Positions 38,808-46,853 of a stretch of DNA of 64,000 nt are shown in pieces (the first letter of the stretch is position 1; the number at the start of each line of letters is the position of its first letter). The notes beneath the pieces are model-generated. The model did no database searches and was not told the origin of the DNA. It saw only the letters and a program-made list of their open reading frames with translations. This DNA is from Christensenellaceae bacterium (GTDB lineage Bacteria; Bacillota; Clostridia; Christensenellales; CALMFG01), in the NCBI GenBank assembly GCA_963666035.2, contig CAXXJI010000006.1:2819-66818 (forward strand). The letters are read 5' to 3'. Made by a program: the position numbers and the translations under genes.

Positions 38808-40286
38808 ATGAAACATATTGCATTTGACTTAGGCGCAGAAAGCGGCAGGGCGATCCTTGGTGAAATCGTTGACGGACGATTGGAAACGAACGAGATACAT
38901 CGTTTTGCCACACAGGGTATTTTTGTAAACGGCAGTTTGCGCTGGGATGTTTATCGGTTGTTTGCAGAGCTGAAGCAGGCATTGAAGATTTATGCCGATA
39001 CATACGGAAATGAACCATGCACAATGGGTGTGGACACCTGGGGTGTTGATTTTGGTATTCTGGACAAAAATGGGAAACTCATCAGTATCCCGTATCATTA
39101 CCGGGATAAGCGAAATATTGGGACAACACAAGCGATAGAAGAAAAGATGGGTTTGGATAAACTCTATGCGAAGACCGGCATTGAGTATATGGAGATTAAC
39201 AGCCTTAATCAGTTGATCGCCGCAAAAGCACAGGATGACCCAACCATACAATGCGGTGAAAAGCTGCTGTTTATGGCGGATCTGTTGCAATACTTTTTGT
39301 GCGGTGTGGCAAAGGCGGAGTTTTGTCTGGCGGCCACGTCATGCCTGCTGAATAATCAGGATGGGACATGGGCAGACGAAGTGTTTGACACGTTTGGCAT
39401 ACCCAAACGATTACAGCCTGAAATTGTGCGCGGGGGAACGGTGCTTGGCAAAATCCGGGAGGATATTGCGCTTGAAACCGGTATTTCGCCTGAGTCGTTG
39501 ATTATTACACCGCCCACGCATGATACAGCTTGTGCCGCCGCGGTGGTGCCGAAGCTGGGCGGGAATGTTGCGTTTCTGTCGTCGGGGACCTGGTCTCTGG
39601 CCGGTTTGGAGCTGGACGATGCACAGATAACCGAAGAAGCGCGTTTGCTCAACATTGCCAACTCGGGCGGGCCATTTCAAAAAATTCTGTTTTTAAAATC
39701 CTTAACCGGACTTTGGTTGATTCAAAGATCACGCTTGGCATGGCGAAGAAAGCAGCCGGATTTGAGTTACGACGATATTGTTAAACTCGCCGAAAAGGCA
39801 GAACCGTTTTTTGGCATCATTGACACCAATGACGCAATGTTTGGCAATCCGCCGGATATGCCGAAGGCCGTATGCGAATATTTGCGAAAAACGGGGCAGA
39901 CCTCACCCGAATCGGATGATATCGGCCAAATTTCCAGGATCATCATGGAGTCGCTCGCATTACAATATAAATCAGCGTTTGCCGATCTTTGTAAGGCTTC
40001 GGGAAGAACGCTGGACATGGTCAATGCTCTCGGCGGGGGGATCCAAAATAAAATGTTGGTGCGGTTTACCGCAGAAGCATTGGGCGTTCCGGTGTTTGCA
40101 GGGCCGATCGAAGCAACTTCAGCGGGGAATATACTCATGCAGGCGTATGGCTCTGGTGAAATATCTTCGCTTGAGGATCTACGCCAAATTGTCATCAACA
40201 CCTATAAGCCCGAAGTGTATCAGCCGCAGCACGCGGAACGCTGGGAGAAACATTATCAAGCGTTCCAAAAGATTATCGGTAAATAA
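38808..40286 (+). CDS. RhaB-type FGGY kinase (rhamnulokinase/fuculokinase)
   Basis: MKHIAFDLGAESGRAILGE..HRF..NGSLRWDV is the characteristic RhaB-type N-terminus. 492 aa. Confidence 0.8.
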   Translation: MKHIAFDLGAESGRAILGEIVDGRLETNEIHRFATQGIFVNGSLRWDVYRLFAELKQALKIYADTYGNEPCTMGVDTWGVDFGILDKNGKLISIPYHYRDKRNIGTTQAIEEKMGLDKLYAKTGIEYMEINSLNQLIAAKAQDDPTIQCGEKLLFMADLLQYFLCGVAKAEFCLAATSCLLNNQDGTWADEVFDTFGIPKRLQPEIVRGGTVLGKIREDIALETGISPESLIITPPTHDTACAAAVVPKLGGNVAFLSSGTWSLAGLELDDAQITEEARLLNIANSGGPFQKILFLKSLTGLWLIQRSRLAWRRKQPDLSYDDIVKLAEKAEPFFGIIDTNDAMFGNPPDMPKAVCEYLRKTGQTSPESDDIGQISRIIMESLALQYKSAFADLCKASGRTLDMVNALGGGIQNKMLVRFTAEALGVPVFAGPIEATSAGNILMQAYGSGEISSLEDLRQIVINTYKPEVYQPQHAERWEKHYQAFQKIIGK

Positions 40287-40381
40287 GTGGTTTTTGCATC
40301 GTGAAAATCGGTGTGCGGATGTATAAAAAATAAAATTAAAAAATAAATTTTCTTCATCTTGGTTTCTCCTCTTTATTTTTA

Positions 40382-40417
40382 AAAAGTGCGCCTATTTCAG
40401 TTGCGCACTTTTTATTT
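40382..40417 (+). terminator. Rho-independent terminator ending the fucose operon
   Basis: Perfect 10-bp stem aaaagtgcgc / gcgcactttt with an 11-nt loop and a T-rich tail. Confidence 0.8.
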
Positions 40418-40684
40418 GTATGAAATTTCGTTTTTTTTGAAAGAGAGGAATTGATATTTTTATACTAAGCTAGTTCAAAATTATAATTTGGTAGTATGAA
40501 AAAGTAGAAAGACTTTATTGCCGGATTGTCTTACTCACGCGTGAAGAACTTTTAAGGTTGGTTTTTGCAGTACAAAAGCGCAACGAATGTCTTCGGCGGA
40601 TGTTTCATATGATTGGATATGGATTAAAGGAAGATCTTATACAAGAAAATGTTGCGATATAATTTGCTAAATACCAAGTAAAAC

Positions 40685-40732
40685 ATCAATAAAACAGTAA
40701 AAATATCAATAAAAGATCAAAAATGAATAAAA
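40685..40732 (+). promoter_or_regulatory. Phased direct repeats (ATCAATAAAA twice, ATGAATAAAA once) just upstream of the -35 box
   Basis: Copies at 40685-40694, 40705-40714 and 40723-40732, spaced 20 and 18 nt apart. Confidence 0.4.
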
Positions 40733-40749
40733 AGTTGGTATTTAAGGCA

Positions 40750-40778
40750 TTGACAGCAACCTTTGCATTCCATATAAT
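40750..40778 (+). promoter_or_regulatory. Consensus sigma-A promoter (TTGACA-17-TATAAT) for the DeoR/E2-E3-E1 operon
   Basis: ttgaca at 40750-40755 and tataat at 40773-40778, 50 nt upstream of ATG 40829. Confidence 0.7.
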
Positions 40779-40828
40779 AAAGGTGGATAATCACTTAGAC
40801 ATGTTAAATACCGAACTGAGGCAACTAA

Positions 40829-41593
40829 ATGAACAATACGATGATTAACGAAAGAAGGCAGTTTATAGAAACCAAGCTGTTAGCGGAAGGTGAAATTAAA
40901 ATTGCCGAGCTAGCCGATCTATTTAATGTTTCAACCGAAACGATTCGCAAAGACCTTTTGTTTTTGGAAGAAAAGGGGATTGCAAAAAAGGGTTATGGGG
41001 GAGCAGTGGTAGTCAACGATCTGCTCGAACCCAGCTTTAAAGAGAAGTCGTCCAAGTACAAGGACGAAAAAACGAAAATCGCAAAAGCCGCGCTCAATTT
41101 TCTATCGGACGGCATGGTGGTGCTGATGGATGCGGGCAGTACGGTATATACGCTGGCCAAGATGCTGGCACTGAAAAAAAACCTGACTGTGTTTACCAAC
41201 AGCCCGAAATCGTCGCAGGTGTTAGACGATTATAAAATCAAAACCTATTTGGTCGGTGGCGAGATCCGCAACAACTCCAATGCGCTGGTTGGCGGATGGG
41301 CGGTTCGAGGCATTTCCGAGATTGAAGCGGATATCGCGATTCTTGGTACATCGGGTTTTTCCGGAAGGGAAGGCCCTTGCGTAGAGAACTTTGAAGAAGC
41401 GGAAGTGAAAAAAGCGATGATTAAAAGCGCAAACAAAACGGTCATCATCGGCGATTCCAGCAAAGCCAAAACGCATTCCATGATTGAATATGCCAAGTGG
41501 CAGAACGTAGACGCGTTTGTGACCGACGCAGGACTGGACAACGAAACATACGCGGCGATCAGCCGGGCGACCCAAGTGGTGATGGCAAAGTAG
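40829..41593 (+). CDS. DeoR-family transcriptional regulator
   Basis: HTH segment IAELADLFNVSTETIRKDLLFLEEKGI, and a DeoRC domain with VLMDAGSTV. 254 aa. Confidence 0.85.
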   Translation: MNNTMINERRQFIETKLLAEGEIKIAELADLFNVSTETIRKDLLFLEEKGIAKKGYGGAVVVNDLLEPSFKEKSSKYKDEKTKIAKAALNFLSDGMVVLMDAGSTVYTLAKMLALKKNLTVFTNSPKSSQVLDDYKIKTYLVGGEIRNNSNALVGGWAVRGISEIEADIAILGTSGFSGREGPCVENFEEAEVKKAMIKSANKTVIIGDSSKAKTHSMIEYAKWQNVDAFVTDAGLDNETYAAISRATQVVMAK

Positions 41594-41645
41594 ATGAAAA
41601 AAGAAAAACAAATTTATAGAAAGAAAAGTTTTAGGAGGATATAAA

Positions 41646-42932
41646 ATGGCACAGGCAGTAATCATGCCGCGGCAGGGACAGTCGGTTGAAAGCTGTATTT
41701 TGACCGAGATTGTAAAAAAAGAAGGCGAATCCGTCAGCGCAGGCGAGATATTGTTCTCTTGTGAGACGGATAAAGCCACGTTTGAAGTGGAAGCCGAAAT
41801 TTCGGGGACTGTGCTGAAATGGCTGGCCGAAGAGGGTGACGATGTCCCGGTTTTGGATAATGTCTGCATTATCGGTGAAGCGGGTGAAGATATCACCGCC
41901 TTATTAACCGCAGAAGACAGCCCGAAAGCAAACGAGGATAAAACCGAACAGCAAGCGCCGCAGGAACAGCCTGTAGTACAAGCTGCACCGGCGGCATCGG
42001 CGCAGGCGGGAGAAGCTTTGAAAGTGTCTCCAAGAGCGAGAAACATGGCGGAAAACCAGAAGGTGGACCTTACCAAAACCACACCCACCGGTCCGGAAGG
42101 CCGGATCATTGCGCGCGATGTGGCGGCGGCAGCCGCCGCGGGCTATAAGACGAATGCGGCGATACAGGATAGTGAGTCTGAGAAGCGCGGTAGAGCAGCA
42201 GCAAACCAGGTACAGATCGTTCTGCCGACCGCTGGAGATGCTGAGTTTACCGATGAAAAACTGTCCAACGTCAGAAAAAAAATTGCTGGCGCTATGCATG
42301 CCTCTCTGGCGGAAATGGCGCAATTAACGCTGAATGCATCCTTCGATGCGAGCGCGCTTTTAACGTTTAGGGAACAGGTGAAACATAACGGCGAGGCGAT
42401 GGGGCTTGGCAATATCACGCTCAATGATATGGTACTGTTTGCGGTGGCGAAAACACTGAAAAAGCATGCGGCATGCAACGCGCACTTTTTGGGCGATAAA
42501 ATCCGCTACTTTCAGGCGGTGAATCTCGGGGTAGCGGTGGATACCGACCGCGGGCTTTTAGTGCCTACCATTTTTGATGCTGGCAGCTACTCGCTGAACG
42601 ATCTTTCCGCAGTTGCCAAGCAGACGGTTGCGCAGGCAAAGACGGGGAATATTTCTCCCGACCTTTTGAAAGACGGGACGTTTACGGTGACCAACCTCGG
42701 AGCGCTTGGCGTCGAGAGCTTCACTCCGGTCATCAATCCTCCGCAGACCTGTATATTAGGGGTTTGTGCGATTACAGAAAAAGTAAAAATGGTTGGCGGC
42801 CAGATGACAGCTTATCCCAGCATGGGATTATCGCTGACCTTTGACCATCGGGCACTGGACGGCGCACCGGCGGCGCGATTCTTAAAAGACTTGGCGGACA
42901 GTCTTGAGAGCTTTTCGCTGTTGCTGATATAA
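41646..42932 (+). CDS. Dihydrolipoamide acyltransferase (E2) of a 2-oxo-acid/acetoin-type dehydrogenase complex
   Basis: A single lipoyl domain with the lipoyl-Lys in SCETDKATFEVEA (codon at 41772-41774). An Ala/Pro-rich linker. The E3-binding domain is VSPRARNMAENQKVDL..GPEGRIIARDV. The catalytic motif is DHRALDG (His codon at 42846-42848). Confidence 0.9.
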   Translation: MAQAVIMPRQGQSVESCILTEIVKKEGESVSAGEILFSCETDKATFEVEAEISGTVLKWLAEEGDDVPVLDNVCIIGEAGEDITALLTAEDSPKANEDKTEQQAPQEQPVVQAAPAASAQAGEALKVSPRARNMAENQKVDLTKTTPTGPEGRIIARDVAAAAAAGYKTNAAIQDSESEKRGRAAANQVQIVLPTAGDAEFTDEKLSNVRKKIAGAMHASLAEMAQLTLNASFDASALLTFREQVKHNGEAMGLGNITLNDMVLFAVAKTLKKHAACNAHFLGDKIRYFQAVNLGVAVDTDRGLLVPTIFDAGSYSLNDLSAVAKQTVAQAKTGNISPDLLKDGTFTVTNLGALGVESFTPVINPPQTCILGVCAITEKVKMVGGQMTAYPSMGLSLTFDHRALDGAPAARFLKDLADSLESFSLLLI

Positions 42933-42943
42933 AGGAGAAAAAC

Positions 42944-44305
42944 ATGATATATGATTTGATTATATTGGGCGGCGGTCCGGCAGGATATCTTGCCGCTGAA
43001 CGTGCAGGACACGCCGGCCTTAAGACGCTGGTGATAGAAAAAGAACACATGGGCGGAGTATGTCTGAACGAAGGATGCATCCCGACCAAAACCCTGCTGT
43101 ATTCGGCTAAAATAGCGGACAGCGCGGCGCATGGCGAAAAGTACGGCGTAAAAGCCGAAGTGTCTCTCGACCACGCGGCAGTCATTAAGCGCAAGGATAA
43201 AGTAGTAAAGAATCTGACCGGCGGTGTGCGTGCGGCTGTTAAAGCGGCAGGAGCGGAGATGGTCAGTGGCTTTGGCACCATCACGGGCAGAACGGCAGAG
43301 GGCTATCGTGTGGAAGCGGAGGGCAGTACCTATGAAGGAAAGCGTCTGCTGATCGCGACCGGCTCCAGTGCCATCATCCCGCCGATTCCGGGTGTGATTG
43401 AAGGCTATAAGAGCGGATTTGTGATGACCAGCACCGAAGCACTGGCATTGACCGAAGTGCCGAAAACATTAGTCGTTATTGGCGGCGGTGTGATTGGTCT
43501 GGAGATGGCAGGGTATTTTAACTCGGCCGGAGCGAAGGTCACTGTGGTTGAAATGCTGGATAAAATCGGCGGTATGATTGACGACGAAATCGGAAAGAAT
43601 CTGCAAAAGAATATGGAAAAGAAGGGTATCACGTTTAAGCTGGGTTGTCAGGTGACGCGCGTCGAAAACGGTTCGGTATTCTTTGAAGAAAACGGTAAAG
43701 AGGAATCGGCCGCGGGCGAAAAGGTGCTGCTTTCTATCGGCAGGCGGCCCAATACGGCGAATATCGGTCTTGAAAGTGTTGGCGTTGCCACGGAGCGCGG
43801 CGCGGTGCTGACCGACGAATATATGAAAACCAATCTGCCCGAAGTGTATGCCGCAGGCGACGTGAACGGCAAATCGATGCTGGCGCATACCGCCTACCGT
43901 GAAGCGGAGGTGGCGGTGAAAAATATGCTGGGCAAGCGGGACCGGATGCGTTATACGGCGGTGCCCTCGGTGATCTACACTAATCCGGAAGTGGCCGGAG
44001 TCGGCGTGACCGAAGCGGCGGCAAAGGAAAAGGGACTGGATGTGATCGTAAAAAGTATACCGATGAATTATTCCGGTCGGTATATGGCGGAAAACGAAGG
44101 CGGCGATGGCTTTATTAAAATCATCGTGGACAATGAGTGGCAAAAACTGATCGGCGTTCATATGGTGGCCAATTATGCATCCGAGATCATATATGGTGCT
44201 GGGATGATGGTGGAAAAAGAGCTGACGATTGATGAGATCAAATCCCTGATTTTCCCGCACCCCACGGTCAGCGAGATTATTCGAGAAGCAATTTTTCAGA
44301 TTTAG
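42944..44305 (+). CDS. Dihydrolipoyl dehydrogenase (E3)
   Basis: FAD motif ILGGGPAGY. Redox disulfide GGVCLNEGCIPTK. NAD motif VIGGGVIGLE. C-terminal HPTVSE. Confidence 0.9.
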   Translation: MIYDLIILGGGPAGYLAAERAGHAGLKTLVIEKEHMGGVCLNEGCIPTKTLLYSAKIADSAAHGEKYGVKAEVSLDHAAVIKRKDKVVKNLTGGVRAAVKAAGAEMVSGFGTITGRTAEGYRVEAEGSTYEGKRLLIATGSSAIIPPIPGVIEGYKSGFVMTSTEALALTEVPKTLVVIGGGVIGLEMAGYFNSAGAKVTVVEMLDKIGGMIDDEIGKNLQKNMEKKGITFKLGCQVTRVENGSVFFEENGKEESAAGEKVLLSIGRRPNTANIGLESVGVATERGAVLTDEYMKTNLPEVYAAGDVNGKSMLAHTAYREAEVAVKNMLGKRDRMRYTAVPSVIYTNPEVAGVGVTEAAAKEKGLDVIVKSIPMNYSGRYMAENEGGDGFIKIIVDNEWQKLIGVHMVANYASEIIYGAGMMVEKELTIDEIKSLIFPHPTVSEIIREAIFQI

Positions 44306-44347
44306 TTTTTTAAAAATGCTAATTAAAGATTTATTAGGAGATATAAA

Positions 44348-46822
44348 ATGACAAAAGTATTAGTGGTGGATCCAAGTGAGAAAAGAAAATCGGGTGTTTT
44401 GAAATTTAAAGATATTCCCATCAACACCTACCAAAAGTCGGTCAAAGACGAAAAAGACAATTTTACAAAGGATGAATTTTTGCGTATCTATCGCGATATG
44501 ACCATCATTCGCGAATTTGAAAGTATGCTGAACGCCATCAAGGTGGCAGGACAGTATGAGGGTGTGGAATATAACCATCCCGGTCCGGCGCATCTTGGCA
44601 TCGGACAGGAAGCGGCCTATGTCGGTCAGGCGTTTGATCTTTCTATCGAAGATTTCACGTTCGGCTCCCATCGTTCGCATGGTGAGATATTGGCCAAGGG
44701 ATTGTCGGCCATCGATAAGCTTTCGGAAGATGAGCTTGAAAAAATCCTAAGCGAGTTCTGGGACGGCGAAACCTATGACGTGGTGAAAAAGCACACAAAG
44801 GCCACCGACAAAAAAGAGATCGCAAAAGAATTTCTGCTGTACGGCACGCTGGCCGAAATTTGGGCCAGAAAAACCGGATTCAACCGCGGGCTGGGCGGCT
44901 CGATGCATGCCTTCTTCACGCCTTTTGGCATTTACCCCAACAACGCGATTGTGGGCGGCTCAGGTGATATTGCGGTGGGCGGTGCGCTGTTTAAAAAATG
45001 CAACCAGAAAGACGGCATCGTGATCTGTAATATCGGTGACGGTTCACTGGGCTGCGGTCCGGTGTTTGAAGGGATGAACCTTTCGGCGATGGGTCAGTTT
45101 AAAACCCTATGGGAAGAAGGCTATAACGGCGGATTGCCTTTGGTCTTCAATATATTTAATAATCATTACGGCATGGGCGGACAGACCAGCGGCGAGACGA
45201 TGGCGTATGAATTTGCGGCGCGTTTGGGTGCGGGCATCAGCCCCACACAGATGCATGCCGAACGCGTGGATGGATACAACCCGCTGGCGGTGATTGACGC
45301 TTACAGAAGAAAGAGAAAAATACTCGAAGACGGTGACGGCCCGGTTCTGTTGGATGTAGTGACATACCGCTACAGCGGACACAGCCCTTCGGACGCTTCA
45401 ACTTACCGTACAAAAGAAGAGATTGCGATGTGGGAAGAAAATGATTCGATCGCGGCCTTTAGGAAACAATTGCTGGATGCAAAAGTGGCGACTGAAAAAG
45501 AGCTTGCCGCGATTGAAGCCGGAACCAAAGCGGATATCATGCAGGCGGTGCTTTTGGCTAAGGACGAAACCATTTCTCCGCGCATGGATTTAAACGCTAA
45601 TCCGAATGCGATTGCAGATTTGATGTTTTCAAACCAGCATGTGCCTTCGATGGATACAAAACGCACACCCGTGACATTGATGCCTAAGGAAGAAAATCCG
45701 CGGGTACAGCAGCTTGCTAAGAAAATTCGTTTTGCGTTTGATGAGAACGGCAAACCGGTCAGCAAAAACAAATCCTATCAATTTCGTGATGGTGTTTTTG
45801 AAGCGATGATTGATAAATTCTATGAAGACCCGACCATGATTGCATACGGCGAGGATTGCCGCGATTGGGGCGGCGCGTTTGCCGTCTACCGTGGGCTGAC
45901 CGAAAGCCTGCCTTACCATCGGTTCTTTAATGCACCGATATCCGAAGGCGCGATTGTCGGTTCGGGTGTGGGTTATGCCATGACCGGCGGACGTGCTGTG
46001 GTGGAATTGATGTATATCGATTTTCTGGGCAGAGCGGGCGACGAAGTATTTAATCAGATGAGTAAATGGCAGAGTATGAGCGCAGGCATTATCAAGATGC
46101 CGCTGATCTTGCGTATGTCCATCGGTTCAAAATACGGGGCTCAGCATTCTCAGGACTGGTCGGCGCTTTGCACCCATATTCCGGGCTTAAAAGTGGTGTT
46201 CCCAGCAACGCCGTATGACGCCAAAGGCTTGATGGCCGCGGCTTTGAACGGCACCGATCCGGTGATCTTCCTGGAGAGCCAGCGCATCTATGATGTGGCG
46301 GAACAGTTCCATGAGGGCGGCGTACCCGCAGAATCCTATGAAATTGAAATCGGTGAACCGGATATCAAACGGGTGGGCGGCGATGTGACTATACTCTCTA
46401 TCGGCGCAACACTGTATAACGCGATTAAAGCGGCCGATGAACTAAAAGAAAAATACAATGTGGAAGCAGAAGTGATTGATGCCAGAAGCTTGGTGCCATT
46501 CAACTATGAAAAAGTCATCGAATCGGTCAAGAAAACCGGACGCATCATTGTAACCGGCGACGCTTGTGCCAGAGGTAGCCATATGAGCGATCTGGCGCAA
46601 AATATTTCCGAACTGGCGTTTGATTATCTGGATGCACCACCGGTGGTGGTGGGCGCAAAGAACTGGATTACACCGGCCCATGAGCTGGAAGACGCTTTCT
46701 TCCCGCAGCCGCACTGGATGATTGACGCGATTCATGAAAAAATTCTGCCGTTGCCGGGGCATACCTGCAAGGCGAATTATACCACATTGGAACAGTTGCG
46801 TAATGCAAAACGCGGTGTGTAA
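44348..46822 (+). CDS. Fused E1 alpha-beta thiamine-diphosphate-dependent dehydrogenase component
   Basis: 824 aa. The alpha part has GGSMH and the TPP motif GDG..(38 aa)..NN (nt 45035-45163). The beta part (from about aa 477) has YGEDCRDWGGAF, NAPISEGAIVG and a transketolase-C-like end. A linker of about 50 aa spans nt 45623-45775. Confidence 0.85.
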   Translation: MTKVLVVDPSEKRKSGVLKFKDIPINTYQKSVKDEKDNFTKDEFLRIYRDMTIIREFESMLNAIKVAGQYEGVEYNHPGPAHLGIGQEAAYVGQAFDLSIEDFTFGSHRSHGEILAKGLSAIDKLSEDELEKILSEFWDGETYDVVKKHTKATDKKEIAKEFLLYGTLAEIWARKTGFNRGLGGSMHAFFTPFGIYPNNAIVGGSGDIAVGGALFKKCNQKDGIVICNIGDGSLGCGPVFEGMNLSAMGQFKTLWEEGYNGGLPLVFNIFNNHYGMGGQTSGETMAYEFAARLGAGISPTQMHAERVDGYNPLAVIDAYRRKRKILEDGDGPVLLDVVTYRYSGHSPSDASTYRTKEEIAMWEENDSIAAFRKQLLDAKVATEKELAAIEAGTKADIMQAVLLAKDETISPRMDLNANPNAIADLMFSNQHVPSMDTKRTPVTLMPKEENPRVQQLAKKIRFAFDENGKPVSKNKSYQFRDGVFEAMIDKFYEDPTMIAYGEDCRDWGGAFAVYRGLTESLPYHRFFNAPISEGAIVGSGVGYAMTGGRAVVELMYIDFLGRAGDEVFNQMSKWQSMSAGIIKMPLILRMSIGSKYGAQHSQDWSALCTHIPGLKVVFPATPYDAKGLMAAALNGTDPVIFLESQRIYDVAEQFHEGGVPAESYEIEIGEPDIKRVGGDVTILSIGATLYNAIKAADELKEKYNVEAEVIDARSLVPFNYEKVIESVKKTGRIIVTGDACARGSHMSDLAQNISELAFDYLDAPPVVVGAKNWITPAHELEDAFFPQPHWMIDAIHEKILPLPGHTCKANYTTLEQLRNAKRGV

Positions 46823-46853
46823 TGCACCGCCGAAAAGAACAGGAGGAGATAAA

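Noticed and set aside
40256-40357. A minus-strand 33-codon ORF (MKKIYFLILFFIHPHTDFHDAKTTYLPIIFWNA) with a near-perfect AGAGGAGA site 7 nt upstream. It resembles a small hydrophobic toxin or leader peptide.
   Set aside because: It overlaps the 3' end of the convergent kinase gene. On its own strand it lies immediately downstream of the strong hairpin plus U-tract at 40382-40417, and I found no convincing promoter. It is more likely a chance ORF in an AT-rich tail. Only Ribo-seq or conservation data could rescue it.
41222-42109. A 295-aa minus-strand ORF spanning the DeoR/E2 junction. Similar long antisense ORFs occur at 17064-17840, 43469-44260, 1045-1779, 21536-22210 and 55674-56297.
   Set aside because: All lie antisense to genes with clear family motifs. 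They have low-complexity or Cys/Arg/His-rich composition and no RBS. They are typical shadow ORFs.
46722-46853. A 44-codon N-terminal extension of the Zn-dehydrogenase ORF that overlaps the 3' end of the E1 gene.
   Set aside because: The extension is Cys/Arg-rich and overlaps E1 by 100 nt. A strong AGGAGGAG site sits 7 nt before the internal ATG at 46854, which gives a typical MKTTAVRLYG dehydrogenase N-terminus.
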